Positions 28,394 to 37,467 of a stretch of DNA of 64,000 bases are shown one piece after another. The stretch covers positions 928,001 through 992,000 of the forward strand of contig CAVUWD010000016.1 of assembly GCA_963745025.1 (NCBI GenBank), given 5' to 3'. This stretch comes from an uncultured delta proteobacterium (GTDB taxonomy: Bacteria; Desulfobacterota; Binatia; JACPRU01). Under the pieces are notes generated by a model. The model saw only the letters and a list, made by a program, of their open reading frames with translations, searched no databases and had not been told where the DNA came from. Position numbers and translations under genes: made by a program. Each line of letters begins with the position of its first letter. Position 1 is the first letter of the stretch.

Positions 28394-29259
28394 CCGCTTC
28401 GGCCCGCTTGGGCGCCGTGCTCGTCGGCTCGTTTCTGGCGGTCGCGCTGGCCGCACCGCTGCTGGCGCCGTTCGATCCGGCGCAGCCGAACCTCTCCGAG
28501 AACCTGAGCCCACCCTCGCTCGCACACCCGTTCGGCCAGGATCGGCTCGGCCGCGACATTCTGAGTCGCGTCGTCTACGGCTCGCGCGCGTCGTTGCTCG
28601 TCGGGATATCGACCGTCGCCGTCTCGCTCACGCTCGGCACCGCGCTCGGCCTCTTCTCGGGCCTCGCCGGCGGCTGGATCGACGAAGCCATGATGCGGGC
28701 AATCGACGTTGTCCTCGCGTTTCCGGGAATTCTGCTCGCCATCGCCATCAGCGCCGTGCTGGGTCCGAGCCTCGCCAACGTGGTGATCGCGCTCTCCGTG
28801 ATCGGCTGGACCGGCTACGCCCGCCTGGTGCGCGCCGAGACGCTCTCGCTCCGCGAGCGCGCCCACGTCGAGAGCGCGATCGCCCTCGGCGCCGGCCCGT
28901 CCCGGGTGGTCCTCTGCCACGTGCTTCCGCTCCTCGCCGGCCCGCTCGCGGTCCAGGCGACCTTCGGTGTCGCAGGTGCGATCGTCGCCGAGGCGAGCCT
29001 CTCCTTCCTCGGCCTCGGGACGCAGCCGCCCGCGCCGTCCTGGGGCGCGATGCTGAACGAGGGCAGGCGCTTTCTGCTGGTTGCGCCGCACGTCGCGCTG
29101 TTCCCAGGCCTCGCCGTGTTCGCGACGGTTCTCGGCATCAACTTCCTCGGCGATGGGCTACGCGATTGGCTCGACGTGCGAATGCCGGCCACCGGCTATC
29201 GGCTGCCGCCTCCCGGAAAAGACTCAGATGAGTTTTCGCCGGTAGCCGGTAGCCCGTAG
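28390..29259 (+). CDS. Peptide ABC transporter permease (DppC/OppC-like)
   Basis: HPFGQDRLGRDILSR, EASLSFLGLG and NFLGDGLRD motifs. Confidence 0.92.
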   Translation: MTASARLGAVLVGSFLAVALAAPLLAPFDPAQPNLSENLSPPSLAHPFGQDRLGRDILSRVVYGSRASLLVGISTVAVSLTLGTALGLFSGLAGGWIDEAMMRAIDVVLAFPGILLAIAISAVLGPSLANVVIALSVIGWTGYARLVRAETLSLRERAHVESAIALGAGPSRVVLCHVLPLLAGPLAVQATFGVAGAIVAEASLSFLGLGTQPPAPSWGAMLNEGRRFLLVAPHVALFPGLAVFATVLGINFLGDGLRDWLDVRMPATGYRLPPPGKDSDEFSPVAGSP

Positions 29260-29268
29260 CCGGTAGCC
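29185..29268. repeat. Inverted heptamer-array element, copy 1
   Basis: GGCCACC GGCTATC GGCTGCC ... GGTAGCC GGTAGCC CGTAGCC GGTAGCC. Confidence 0.75.
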
Positions 29269-29270
29269 TC

Positions 29271-30215
29271 CTATCTCTGGCACCGCGGACAGTAGAAGCT
29301 CGAGCGCCCTCCGTGCGGCCGACGCTTGATGGCGCTGTTACAGCGGCGGCACGGTTGCCCGGCGCGGTTGAAGACCGCGAGCACCTCCTGGAACGAGCCC
29401 GGGAGGCCGTCGCTGTCGAAGTAGTCGGAGAACGAAGTCCCGCGACGCGCGACGGCGTCTCCGAGCACGGAGCGGGTCGCGCGCACGATCGCGTCGATCT
29501 CGGCGCTGCGCAACCGATTGCAGCGTCGTGTGGGCCGAACGCCAGCGTGAAAGAGGATCTCGTTCGCGTAGATGTTACCGATGCCTGCCAGGACGCGCTG
29601 ATCGAGAAGCGCCGCCTTCACGTCCCGCCGCGTGCCGCGGAGCCGGGCGCGGAGCGTCTCGGCGCGGAGACGGCCGTTCAGAGGCTCTGGCCCGAGGCCG
29701 GCGAGCTCGCCGAGCTCTTCGGCTCTCGCGACCCGCATCCAGCCGAAGCGGCGGGGATCTCGATAACAGAGCGCTAGCTTGGCAGGATGTTCGGCCGGAG
29801 CAGTTCGCGACCAACGGGAGCGATCTGTGACGGGCGCTCCCAGCTTGGCAGGATGTTCGGTCGGGGCAAGTCGCGACCAACGGGGCCGACCATCGTCGGG
29901 GCTTCTGATCGACGGCTCGAACTCGATGCGCACGTGCTCGTGCTCCCCGGCGGGAGCATCCGTCGGCAAGAGCAGGAGACGACCCGACATGCCGAGATGC
30001 ATGAGCCATACGACCCCCTCGCCGACGTCGGCGAGAAGGTACTTGCCGCGACGGGCGATCCCCTCGACACGCCGTCCGACGAGCGCGCGAAGCGCCTCTT
30101 CGTCGACGACGCGCCGAAGACGCGGCTCGCGAATCTCCACGCGAGTGATGCGCGCCCCGCGCAGCCGGCGGTCGAGGCCGCGGCGAATCGTCTCGACTTC
30201 GGGCAGCTCGGGCAT
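29271..30215 (-). CDS. mutM: Formamidopyrimidine-DNA glycosylase (Fpg) with an in-frame repeat-derived insertion
   Basis: MPELPEVET, RRGKYL, HLGMSG, DPRRFG, GIGNIYANE and a C4 zinc finger. Confidence 0.95.
   Translation of the reverse strand: MPELPEVETIRRGLDRRLRGARITRVEIREPRLRRVVDEEALRALVGRRVEGIARRGKYLLADVGEGVVWLMHLGMSGRLLLLPTDAPAGEHEHVRIEFEPSIRSPDDGRPRWSRLAPTEHPAKLGAPVTDRSRWSRTAPAEHPAKLALCYRDPRRFGWMRVARAEELGELAGLGPEPLNGRLRAETLRARLRGTRRDVKAALLDQRVLAGIGNIYANEILFHAGVRPTRRCNRLRSAEIDAIVRATRSVLGDAVARRGTSFSDYFDSDGLPGSFQEVLAVFNRAGQPCRRCNSAIKRRPHGGRSSFYCPRCQR
29776..29890. repeat. Tandem 66-bp-period repeat inside the mutM coding sequence
   Basis: AGCTTGGCAGGATGTTCGG...TCGCGACCAACGGG starts at 29776 and 29842; encodes RWSRxAPxEHPAKL twice. 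Confidence 0.9.
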
Positions 30216-30221
30216 CGGGCG

Positions 30222-31064
30222 TTAGCTCGACGGATCGCCCAGCACGTTGGCGAGCCGCGCAAACTCCGCGAGCGACAGCGTCTCGCCGCGGCGGCCCGGA
30301 TCGATCCCCGCTCGCTCGATGTCGGCCGCCCGGGCGATCTTGGCGAGCGCCGCGCGCAACGTCTTGCGCCGCTGTCCGAACGCGGCGCGCACGACCGCGC
30401 GGAAGCGCTCCTCGTCGTCGATCGAGACGCGTGGCGCCGTGTGGAGCGTCACCGACACGACGGCCGACTCCACCTTCGGGCGGGGCACGAACGATCCCCG
30501 CGCAACGCGCAAAACGATTTCCGCCTCGCCGCGGAGGGCCGTCCACAGCGTCAAGACACCGTACGCCTTGGTTCCCGGCTTGGCGATCAGCCGTTCGGCG
30601 ACCTCGCGCTGCAGCATCAGCAGGAGCCGCTCGAATGAGGCGCTCGCGTCGATCAGTCGGAGCAGGATCTGACTCCCGACGCTGTAGGGGAGGTTGCCGA
30701 CGGCCACGGCGCGCCCCCGACCCGCGAGCAGCTTTGAATAGTCCACTGCGAGCGCGTCGGCCGCGACGACGTGAACGTTCGCCACGGTCGCGAACCGCTC
30801 TTGCAGACACTCCGCCATGCGGGGGTCGATTTCGACGAGAAAGAGCTCGTCGGCGGTTGCGGCCAGCGCATCCGAGAGCGCGCCGATCCCGGGACCGATC
30901 TCGACGACGACACGCCCCGTCGCTCGGGCCGCCGCGACGATCCGCTCGACGACCGGGGACGCCACGAGAAAGTTCTGCCCAAGGCTCCGCCGCGGCCGCA
31001 CGCCGAGGCGACCGAGGGCATCGCGGGTACGGCGGTGAAGCGACCCAGCGTCGAGCATCGGCAT
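30222..31064 (-). CDS. rsmA: 16S rRNA m6,2A dimethyltransferase
   Basis: LGQNFL, EIGPGIG, GNLPY, QREVAER and FGQRRKTL motifs. Confidence 0.95.
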   Translation of the reverse strand: MPMLDAGSLHRRTRDALGRLGVRPRRSLGQNFLVASPVVERIVAAARATGRVVVEIGPGIGALSDALAATADELFLVEIDPRMAECLQERFATVANVHVVAADALAVDYSKLLAGRGRAVAVGNLPYSVGSQILLRLIDASASFERLLLMLQREVAERLIAKPGTKAYGVLTLWTALRGEAEIVLRVARGSFVPRPKVESAVVSVTLHTAPRVSIDDEERFRAVVRAAFGQRRKTLRAALAKIARAADIERAGIDPGRRGETLSLAEFARLANVLGDPSS

Positions 31065-31066
31065 CG

Positions 31067-32098
31067 CTACAGCGGCAGGCTCGCCACGGCATTCAACGAC
31101 AAGTCGTCGCGTTCGCCGCGCTCGAGCCGTCGCGCTCCTGCATAGGCGATCATCGCCGCATTGTCGGTGCAGAACCGTGGCGACGGAAAGGCGACCGTCA
31201 GACCCCTGCGACGTGCATCCTCCTCCATGCGAGCGCGCAAGCGCGAGTTTGCCGACACGCCGCCGGAGACCACGATCTGCGATACCCCGAGCGCCTCCGC
31301 CACGCCGAGCGTCGGCGTGACCAGCATGTCGACGACGGCTTCCTGAAAGCTCGCCGCGATGTCGCAGAGCAGCCGCTCCGGGATGACCGTTCGCAACGCG
31401 CCGCTCGCTGCAGTCACCCCAACGCCGTGCTCGCGGCGCAGAAACTCACGCAGCGCGGTCTTCAACCCGCTGAAGCTGAACTCGTATTTGCTTCCGCGGA
31501 TCGTCGCCCGCGGGAAGCGGATCGCCGTTGGGTCTCCAGCGCGTGCCAGCTGGTCGATCACCCGTCCCCCCGGAAAACCGAGCCCGAGCATCTTCGCGGC
31601 CTTGTCGAAGGCCTCTCCGGCCGCGTCGTCGCGGGTCGCACCGATCCGGCGATACTGTCCTGGCCCTTCGGCGAGATAGAGGCTCGTGTGCCCTCCCGAC
31701 ACGAGCAACGCCACGTAAGGAAACTCGATCTGGCGCTCGAGGAAGATGGCCAGCAGGTGGCCCTCGAGGTGGTTCACGCCCACCAACGGAATTCCCTTCG
31801 CGAAGGCAATGCCCTTGGCGGCCGATAGTCCCACTAGCAAGGATCCCACCAAGCCGGGCCCGCAGGTGACGGCGATGCCTTCGACCTCTTCGATCGCCGT
31901 GACCGCCTTGTCGAGCGCCGCATGGATCACGGCCAGAATGTTGGCGAGGTGGTGACGCGAGGCGAGCTCGGGAACGATCCCGCCGTAGGGTCCGTGCACC
32001 GCATCCTGCGACGACACGACGCTCGAGCGCAGATCACGCCCGGCCAGCACCGCCGCGGCCGTGTCGTCGCACGAGGTCTCGAGGCCGAGGATGATCAT
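31067..32098 (-). CDS. tsaD: tRNA N6-threonylcarbamoyltransferase
   Basis: LGLETSCDDT, HLEGH, SGGHT, DDAAGEAFDK and TDNAAMIA motifs. Confidence 0.97.
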   Translation of the reverse strand: MIILGLETSCDDTAAAVLAGRDLRSSVVSSQDAVHGPYGGIVPELASRHHLANILAVIHAALDKAVTAIEEVEGIAVTCGPGLVGSLLVGLSAAKGIAFAKGIPLVGVNHLEGHLLAIFLERQIEFPYVALLVSGGHTSLYLAEGPGQYRRIGATRDDAAGEAFDKAAKMLGLGFPGGRVIDQLARAGDPTAIRFPRATIRGSKYEFSFSGLKTALREFLRREHGVGVTAASGALRTVIPERLLCDIAASFQEAVVDMLVTPTLGVAEALGVSQIVVSGGVSANSRLRARMEEDARRRGLTVAFPSPRFCTDNAAMIAYAGARRLERGERDDLSLNAVASLPL

Positions 32099-32106
32099 GG
32101 GAATCA

Positions 32107-32178
32107 GGCTACGGGCTACGGGCCACGTGGGGAAGAGGCTCGCCTGCCGGTAGCGGGTAGCCGGGAGCAGGCAGCCCG
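32107..32178. repeat. Inverted heptamer-array element, copy 2
   Basis: GGCTACG GGCTACG GGCCACG ... GGTAGCG GGTAGCC GGGAGCA GGCAGCC. Confidence 0.65.
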
Positions 32179-34418
32179 GTCTCCGGGTGCAGCGGACAGG
32201 GTTCCGTCGGCGCCTCGCTGTCGAAAAACGACTCGTCGAAGCGCTCGGGGCAGCGCGTGGTGGCGAGCGCGCCGCTCGCCGGGTCGATCGTCACCGTCTG
32301 GATACCGGGCGGAACCAAAAACGACGTACCCGGTAGCCCCACCGTGGCGGCCCTCATGAAGTCGATCCATATCGGAAGCGCCGCCTGCGCTCCAGAAAGC
32401 CCGACCACATCGTTGCGATCGAACCCGACCCAAACGACGACCAGCAAATCCGGCGTGAAGCCGACGAACCACGCGTCGCGCCCTTCGTTGGTGGTGCCGG
32501 TCTTCCCGGCAGCCGGAAATTCGATCCCTGCTGTACGAGCCAGCTTCGCCGTTCCACGATCGAAGACGCCTTGCATCAGATTCGTCACCAGATACGCGAC
32601 TCGCGGCGATACGGCCTGCGAGGCTCCCAAGCTCGCGCGGGTGATCGGATTGCCCTCGCCGTCAAGCACGGCACGGATCGCGCTCGTTTCGGCGCGAAAT
32701 CCGAGGTTGGCGATCGTCGCGAATGCCTGTGCGACCTCGTAGACGGTCACCTCCACACCGCCGAGCACCATTGCCGGTACTTTGGGCAGGCCTTCCGGCA
32801 AACCGAGCCGAACGGCAACCTCGTGGATGTGGTCGAGCCCGACCTCTTGGGCTATTCTCGCTGTCGCGGAGTTGAGCGAAAGCTCCAGCGCCTGCCGCAG
32901 CGTGACGTCGCCATGGTACTCGCCCTTGTAGTTCTCGGGGGACCAGCTCCGCCCGTCGTAGGTCCAGGTGAACGGGGTGTCCGCGATCCTCCGCGTCGGC
33001 AAGAACTGCCGACCGCCCTTCTCCTCCTCCTCCAAGGCGGCGAGGAACACAATCGGCTTGAACACCGACCCCGGCTGGCGCTCCGCATCGGTGACGCGGT
33101 TGAACTGGCTCCGCGCATAGGAGCGTCCACCGACCATCGCCTTGATCTCGCCCGTACGCGGCTGGATCGCCAACAGCGCCGCCTCGAGCGGCTCTGGCTT
33201 CTTGGTGAGCGCCGGATGGCGCTTCTCGAGCGCCGTGAGCCCGTTCGCCACCGCCCGCTCGCCCTCGCGCTGCAGCGAAGGATCGAGTGTGGTGAAGATG
33301 CGGAAGCCCTCGCTCGTCAGCGTGTTCAGCGGATATTGCTCCTCGATTTCGCCGCGAACGTAGTCGACGAAGTAGGGCGCGCCGGTCGACGCCGTCGACG
33401 CCGCGCGTTCCGGCAGTGGCCCATCGAGCGCCTGGTGGTATTCCTCCGTCGTGATGTCTCCGTTCTCGAGAAGCGCCCGCAGCACTTCATCGCGTCGACG
33501 TTTGGCCGGCTCGGGGTTCTTCGCTGGCGCCAGATGCCCCGGTGCACGGATGAGGCCGGCAAGCATCGCGGCCTCGCCGATCGATAGATCCCTCGGCTCC
33601 TTACCGAAGTAGAACTGGGCACCCTCCCAAACGCCGAATATGCCGCGCGAGCCTCGTTGCCCGAGATAGATCTCGTTCAGGTAAGTCTCGAGGATCTCCA
33701 CCTTGCTGTAATGAAACTCCACCAGCAGCGCCATCACCGCTTCGGTGACCTTGCGCTCCATCGTGCGCGACCCCGTGAGGAAAAAGTTCTTGACGAGCTG
33801 CTGGGTGAGCGTGCTGCCCCCCTGCACCACCCGCCCCTGCCGAAGATTGGTATAGAGCGCGCGGAATACGCCGCGCACATCGATGCCGTGATGCTCGAAG
33901 AACCGCCTGTCCTCTGCGGCGAGCACGGCCTGAACGAGGAGCTTCGATACCTCGTTGATCTTCACCACGCGGCGCTCTTCGGCGGCCTGATCGTAGATGC
34001 CTGCCAAGATCTCAGGCTCGAACTCGAGCGAGTCGATGGCCTGGCCGGTATCGAGCCGGGTGATGGCGGACACGCTCTGCCCGGCGATTTCGAGCCGCGC
34101 GGGAAAACCCGGAAACGGCCGGCTCGGGTAGCTGAAGTTCCGCAGGAACACCTCCAGTCGACGCTCGGCGGGCTGATAGCGGTACTCCCCCGCGTGCGCG
34201 ACCTCTCCGTCGACGCGGCGGTAGTCGAGGCGGCCCAGGCGCTCAACCAAATTCAGCGGCGAGATCTCGCTTCCCGCGTAGACCGTGAACGAATCGGAGT
34301 AGATCTTGGAGGGGATTTCCCAGCGCCGGCCAGAAAAGCGCTCGACCAGCTCGTGATCGAGCCGGCGCAAAGTGTGGAAGGCCCACCATCCGGCGGCTGC
34401 CGCGCCGATGAGCAGCAC
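32109..34418 (-). CDS. mrcB: Class A penicillin-binding protein (PBP1B-like, with UB2H-like region)
   Basis: EDRRFFEHHG and GSTLTQQLVKN (transglycosylase); GSVFKP, SLN and KTGT (transpeptidase); true start may lie slightly upstream. Confidence 0.85.
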   Translation of the reverse strand: MLLIGAAAAGWWAFHTLRRLDHELVERFSGRRWEIPSKIYSDSFTVYAGSEISPLNLVERLGRLDYRRVDGEVAHAGEYRYQPAERRLEVFLRNFSYPSRPFPGFPARLEIAGQSVSAITRLDTGQAIDSLEFEPEILAGIYDQAAEERRVVKINEVSKLLVQAVLAAEDRRFFEHHGIDVRGVFRALYTNLRQGRVVQGGSTLTQQLVKNFFLTGSRTMERKVTEAVMALLVEFHYSKVEILETYLNEIYLGQRGSRGIFGVWEGAQFYFGKEPRDLSIGEAAMLAGLIRAPGHLAPAKNPEPAKRRRDEVLRALLENGDITTEEYHQALDGPLPERAASTASTGAPYFVDYVRGEIEEQYPLNTLTSEGFRIFTTLDPSLQREGERAVANGLTALEKRHPALTKKPEPLEAALLAIQPRTGEIKAMVGGRSYARSQFNRVTDAERQPGSVFKPIVFLAALEEEEKGGRQFLPTRRIADTPFTWTYDGRSWSPENYKGEYHGDVTLRQALELSLNSATARIAQEVGLDHIHEVAVRLGLPEGLPKVPAMVLGGVEVTVYEVAQAFATIANLGFRAETSAIRAVLDGEGNPITRASLGASQAVSPRVAYLVTNLMQGVFDRGTAKLARTAGIEFPAAGKTGTTNEGRDAWFVGFTPDLLVVVWVGFDRNDVVGLSGAQAALPIWIDFMRAATVGLPGTSFLVPPGIQTVTIDPASGALATTRCPERFDESFFDSEAPTEPCPLHPETGLPAPGYPLPAGEPLPHVARSP

Positions 34419-34508
34419 GACCGCCGCGGCGAGGAGCCAGCGGATTCGTCGCGAACTCAGAGCTTCGGCATCCTACGGGATGAGTTCTTGGCTCTGACGT
34501 CGTGTGCG

Positions 34509-36005
34509 CTACGACTTGTCCCGCCTCAACGCCAAGAAGATCGTACTGTCACCGCGCTTGATGAGAAGCAGCAGGCTCTTGCCCTTCTCCGGGCTCTTCA
34601 AGGCGGCACGGAACGCGGCGGCATCCTTCACGACCTTGCGGTTGACTTCGAGGATGATGTCACCCCGACGCAACTGTGCGTCGTCCGCCGCGCTTCCCGG
34701 TGTGACCGTGGATACGACGACGCCCTTGGTCGCCGAGTCGAGACCGAGGGATTCGGCGATCTCGGGCGTGACGTTCTGCACCGCAAGACCGAGGTCCTCG
34801 CTCTCGCTCTGGGCGCTCGCGACCTCGACCTCCTCGTCCTTCAGCTCCTGCACCTTGACGTCGAGGATGCTCTCGGAGCTGCCCCGCAGGACCTTGACCT
34901 TCACGACCTTGCCGACGGGGGTGCGGGCGACGAGCAACGGTAGATCGGCGGAATCCTTCACCGCCGCCCCATTGAAGTCGACGATCACGTCACCGACCTG
35001 AATCCCCGCTTCCTTCGCCGGCCCCTCCTTCATGACGTCCGCTACCAGCGCTCCGTAGGAGTCCTTCAATCCGAGGGATTCGGCGATCTCGGGCGTGACC
35101 TTCTGGATCAGCACCCCGAGCCAGCCCCGCGTGACACGGCCCTTCTGCTCGAGCTCGGGGAGCAGGTCCTTGGCGATGTTGATCGGGCTTGCGAAGCCGA
35201 TGCCGATGTTTCCGCCACTGCGGCTGTAGATCGCGCTGTTGATGCCGACCACCTCGCCGTGAAGGTTGATCAGCGGGCCGCCGGAGTTTCCTGGATTGAT
35301 GGACGCGTCGGTCTGGATGAAGCTGTCGTATGGTCCGGCGCCGATGTGGCGGCCCTTGGCGCTGACGATCCCGGCGGTCACGGTGTTCTCGAGACCAAAG
35401 GGATTGCCGATCGCCATCACCCACTCGCCGACCTCGAGCTTGTCCGAGTCACCCAGAGCCACGGGATTCACCGCCGGCGCCTTGTCGATGCGGATGACTG
35501 CGATGTCGGTCTTCTTGTCCCGACCGAGCAGCTTGGCCTTGTGCTCGCTGCCGTCCGAAAGCTTGACGACGATCTCGTCGGCATCCTCGATCACGTGGTT
35601 GTTGGTGAGGATGAGTCCCTGCGTGTCGATCACGAAGCCCGATCCGGAGCTCTTCTGCTTGAACGGCCGGTGCGGCATTTGCCCTGGGCCGAAGAAGCGT
35701 CCGAAGGGCTCCCCAAACTCGTGAAACGGGTCATCGGGACTGCCGCTAGGGCCTCCCGGGCCGCGGTGAATTCCGCCCTCGTTGGCGGTCGTCGTCGTCG
35801 AGATGTTCACCACAGCCGCGAAGTTCCGCTTGGCGAGATCGACGAAGTTCGGCAGCGTCACCCCGGTCGTCGGCTCCGCGCTCTTCGGCGCCGCTGGCTT
35901 CTCCTCGTCCGTGCCGAAGAGATTGATCGCCCACACCGGGCTCGATAGACCCAGCATGAGACTCGCCGCCAGGGCGGTGCCCCACCCGGCCTGCCAATTC
36001 CTCAC
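34509..36005 (-). CDS. Periplasmic serine endoprotease DegP/DegQ (Do family, two PDZ domains)
   Basis: TNNHVI, DIAVI and INPGNSGGPL catalytic triad motifs; signal peptide; GGAGG RBS. Confidence 0.93.
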   Translation of the reverse strand: MRNWQAGWGTALAASLMLGLSSPVWAINLFGTDEEKPAAPKSAEPTTGVTLPNFVDLAKRNFAAVVNISTTTTANEGGIHRGPGGPSGSPDDPFHEFGEPFGRFFGPGQMPHRPFKQKSSGSGFVIDTQGLILTNNHVIEDADEIVVKLSDGSEHKAKLLGRDKKTDIAVIRIDKAPAVNPVALGDSDKLEVGEWVMAIGNPFGLENTVTAGIVSAKGRHIGAGPYDSFIQTDASINPGNSGGPLINLHGEVVGINSAIYSRSGGNIGIGFASPINIAKDLLPELEQKGRVTRGWLGVLIQKVTPEIAESLGLKDSYGALVADVMKEGPAKEAGIQVGDVIVDFNGAAVKDSADLPLLVARTPVGKVVKVKVLRGSSESILDVKVQELKDEEVEVASAQSESEDLGLAVQNVTPEIAESLGLDSATKGVVVSTVTPGSAADDAQLRRGDIILEVNRKVVKDAAAFRAALKSPEKGKSLLLLIKRGDSTIFLALRRDKS

Positions 36006-36030
36006 TTGCCCGCCCTCCGCGCGGTCCTCG

Positions 36031-36468
36031 TCACTTGCGAGCCTTCTCGACGAAGCGCATTCGCAGATCGAAGAGGACCTTCTCGAACAAGCGGGCTTCC
36101 GCAGCATCGAGATTGCCGCGCGTCTTTTCCTGCAACATGGCGATGATGTCGATGAGCTCCCGTACGGCTCCGAGGTCGGCCTCGGGTGTGCCGGTGACCG
36201 GATTCGGAATCTCGCCGAGACACATCAGCGCCTGGGTGCTGAGGCTCACGAGAAACGTGCTGAGCGTGATCTCCGCGGCCTCGTGATCGGGGATTTCCGA
36301 CGGAGGTCGGCCAATTTCGCGGCGCTCGGCGTCTTCTGCCCGTGGCAGCGCGGCGGCAGGCTCGGCCGACTCCTCTCGTCCGGCCTCGTCGCGCGCTTCG
36401 CCGGTCTCGGTGAAGCGGCGTCGATCCTTGACCTGGAAGCCCTTTGGCTGCTCGCTCTCGTCGACCAT
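36031..36468 (-). CDS. DUF1844 domain protein
   Basis: FQVKDRRRF, ALMCLGEIPNP and IDIIAMLQEKTRGNL motifs. Confidence 0.85.
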   Translation of the reverse strand: MVDESEQPKGFQVKDRRRFTETGEARDEAGREESAEPAAALPRAEDAERREIGRPPSEIPDHEAAEITLSTFLVSLSTQALMCLGEIPNPVTGTPEADLGAVRELIDIIAMLQEKTRGNLDAAEARLFEKVLFDLRMRFVEKARK

Positions 36469-36485
36469 CGCTTCGCCGATTCCGC

Positions 36486-37343
36486 TCAGGCCAACCCGAG
36501 CCGCATCTCTCGCAGGCGTCGGATCCGGTCTTCGATCGGCGGATGCGTGCTGAAGAGGTTCGCCAGGGAGCGACCCGAGAGCGGGTTGACGATGAAGAGG
36601 TGCGCGGTCTGCGGGCTCGCCGCCAGCGGGATCCGGCCCGACTGGATGGCGAGCTTCTCGAGCGCAGAAGCCAGGGCCTCGGGATTTCCGCAGAGCCGCG
36701 CGCCGCTGTCGTCAGCGCCGTATTCGCGCGCGCGCGACACGGCGAGCTGGATCACCATCGCCGCGATCGGCGCCAAGATCGCCATCAGGATCAGCGCGAG
36801 GCCACTTCCGCGATCCTCACGATCGTCGCGGCTCACGCCGCCGAACATCGCGCTCCATTGCGCCATGCGCGCCAGCATCATCACCGCGCCGGCGAGCGTC
36901 GCGGCGATCGAGCTGATGAGGATGTCGCGGTTGAAGACGTGACCGAGCTCGTGCGCCAGCACACCCTCGAGCTCCTCCCAGCTGAGCAGGCGCAGAATGC
37001 CGTCGGTCACTGCGACGACGGCGTGCTGCGGATTTCGCCCGGTTGCGAACGCGTTCGGCGAATCGGTGGGAATCCGGTAGATGCGCGGCGTCGGCACGTT
37101 CGCCTTCTGCGACAGCCGGCGAACGATCTGGTAGAGCTCCGGCGCCTCGCTCTCGGCAATCGGCTGCGCGCCGTAGCTCATCAGCACGATCTTGTCGGAG
37201 AACCAATAACTGCCGAGGTTCATGACCGCGGCGATCACGAAGGCCACCTTCACACCCTGCGAACCGCCGAGGAGATCGCCGAAGAGCAGAATAAGAGCCG
37301 TCAGGCTCGCGAGCAGGAGCGTGGTTTTGAGCGCGGAAGACAT
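36486..37343 (-). CDS. htpX: Zinc metalloprotease HtpX
   Basis: [25 protein letters not shown] and FSTHPP motifs. Confidence 0.95.
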   Translation of the reverse strand: MSSALKTTLLLASLTALILLFGDLLGGSQGVKVAFVIAAVMNLGSYWFSDKIVLMSYGAQPIAESEAPELYQIVRRLSQKANVPTPRIYRIPTDSPNAFATGRNPQHAVVAVTDGILRLLSWEELEGVLAHELGHVFNRDILISSIAATLAGAVMMLARMAQWSAMFGGVSRDDREDRGSGLALILMAILAPIAAMVIQLAVSRAREYGADDSGARLCGNPEALASALEKLAIQSGRIPLAASPQTAHLFIVNPLSGRSLANLFSTHPPIEDRIRRLREMRLGLA

Positions 37344-37438
37344 TAGCGTTAGGGACGCTTGCGACTCGTCCAACCCCGCCTCTCCAGATGCGCCGCAATC
37401 TTGCGCATCGACCAATCAGAAACGTCCAATTATTTTAA

Positions 37439-37467
37439 AAGCTAATGGCGGGGTCCTACCTTGTCAA
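37439..37467 (-). promoter_or_regulatory. Promoter upstream of htpX
   Basis: TTGACA-17 bp-TAGCTT; context CCTTGA...CCCGCCAT also resembles heat-shock promoters. Confidence 0.55.
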
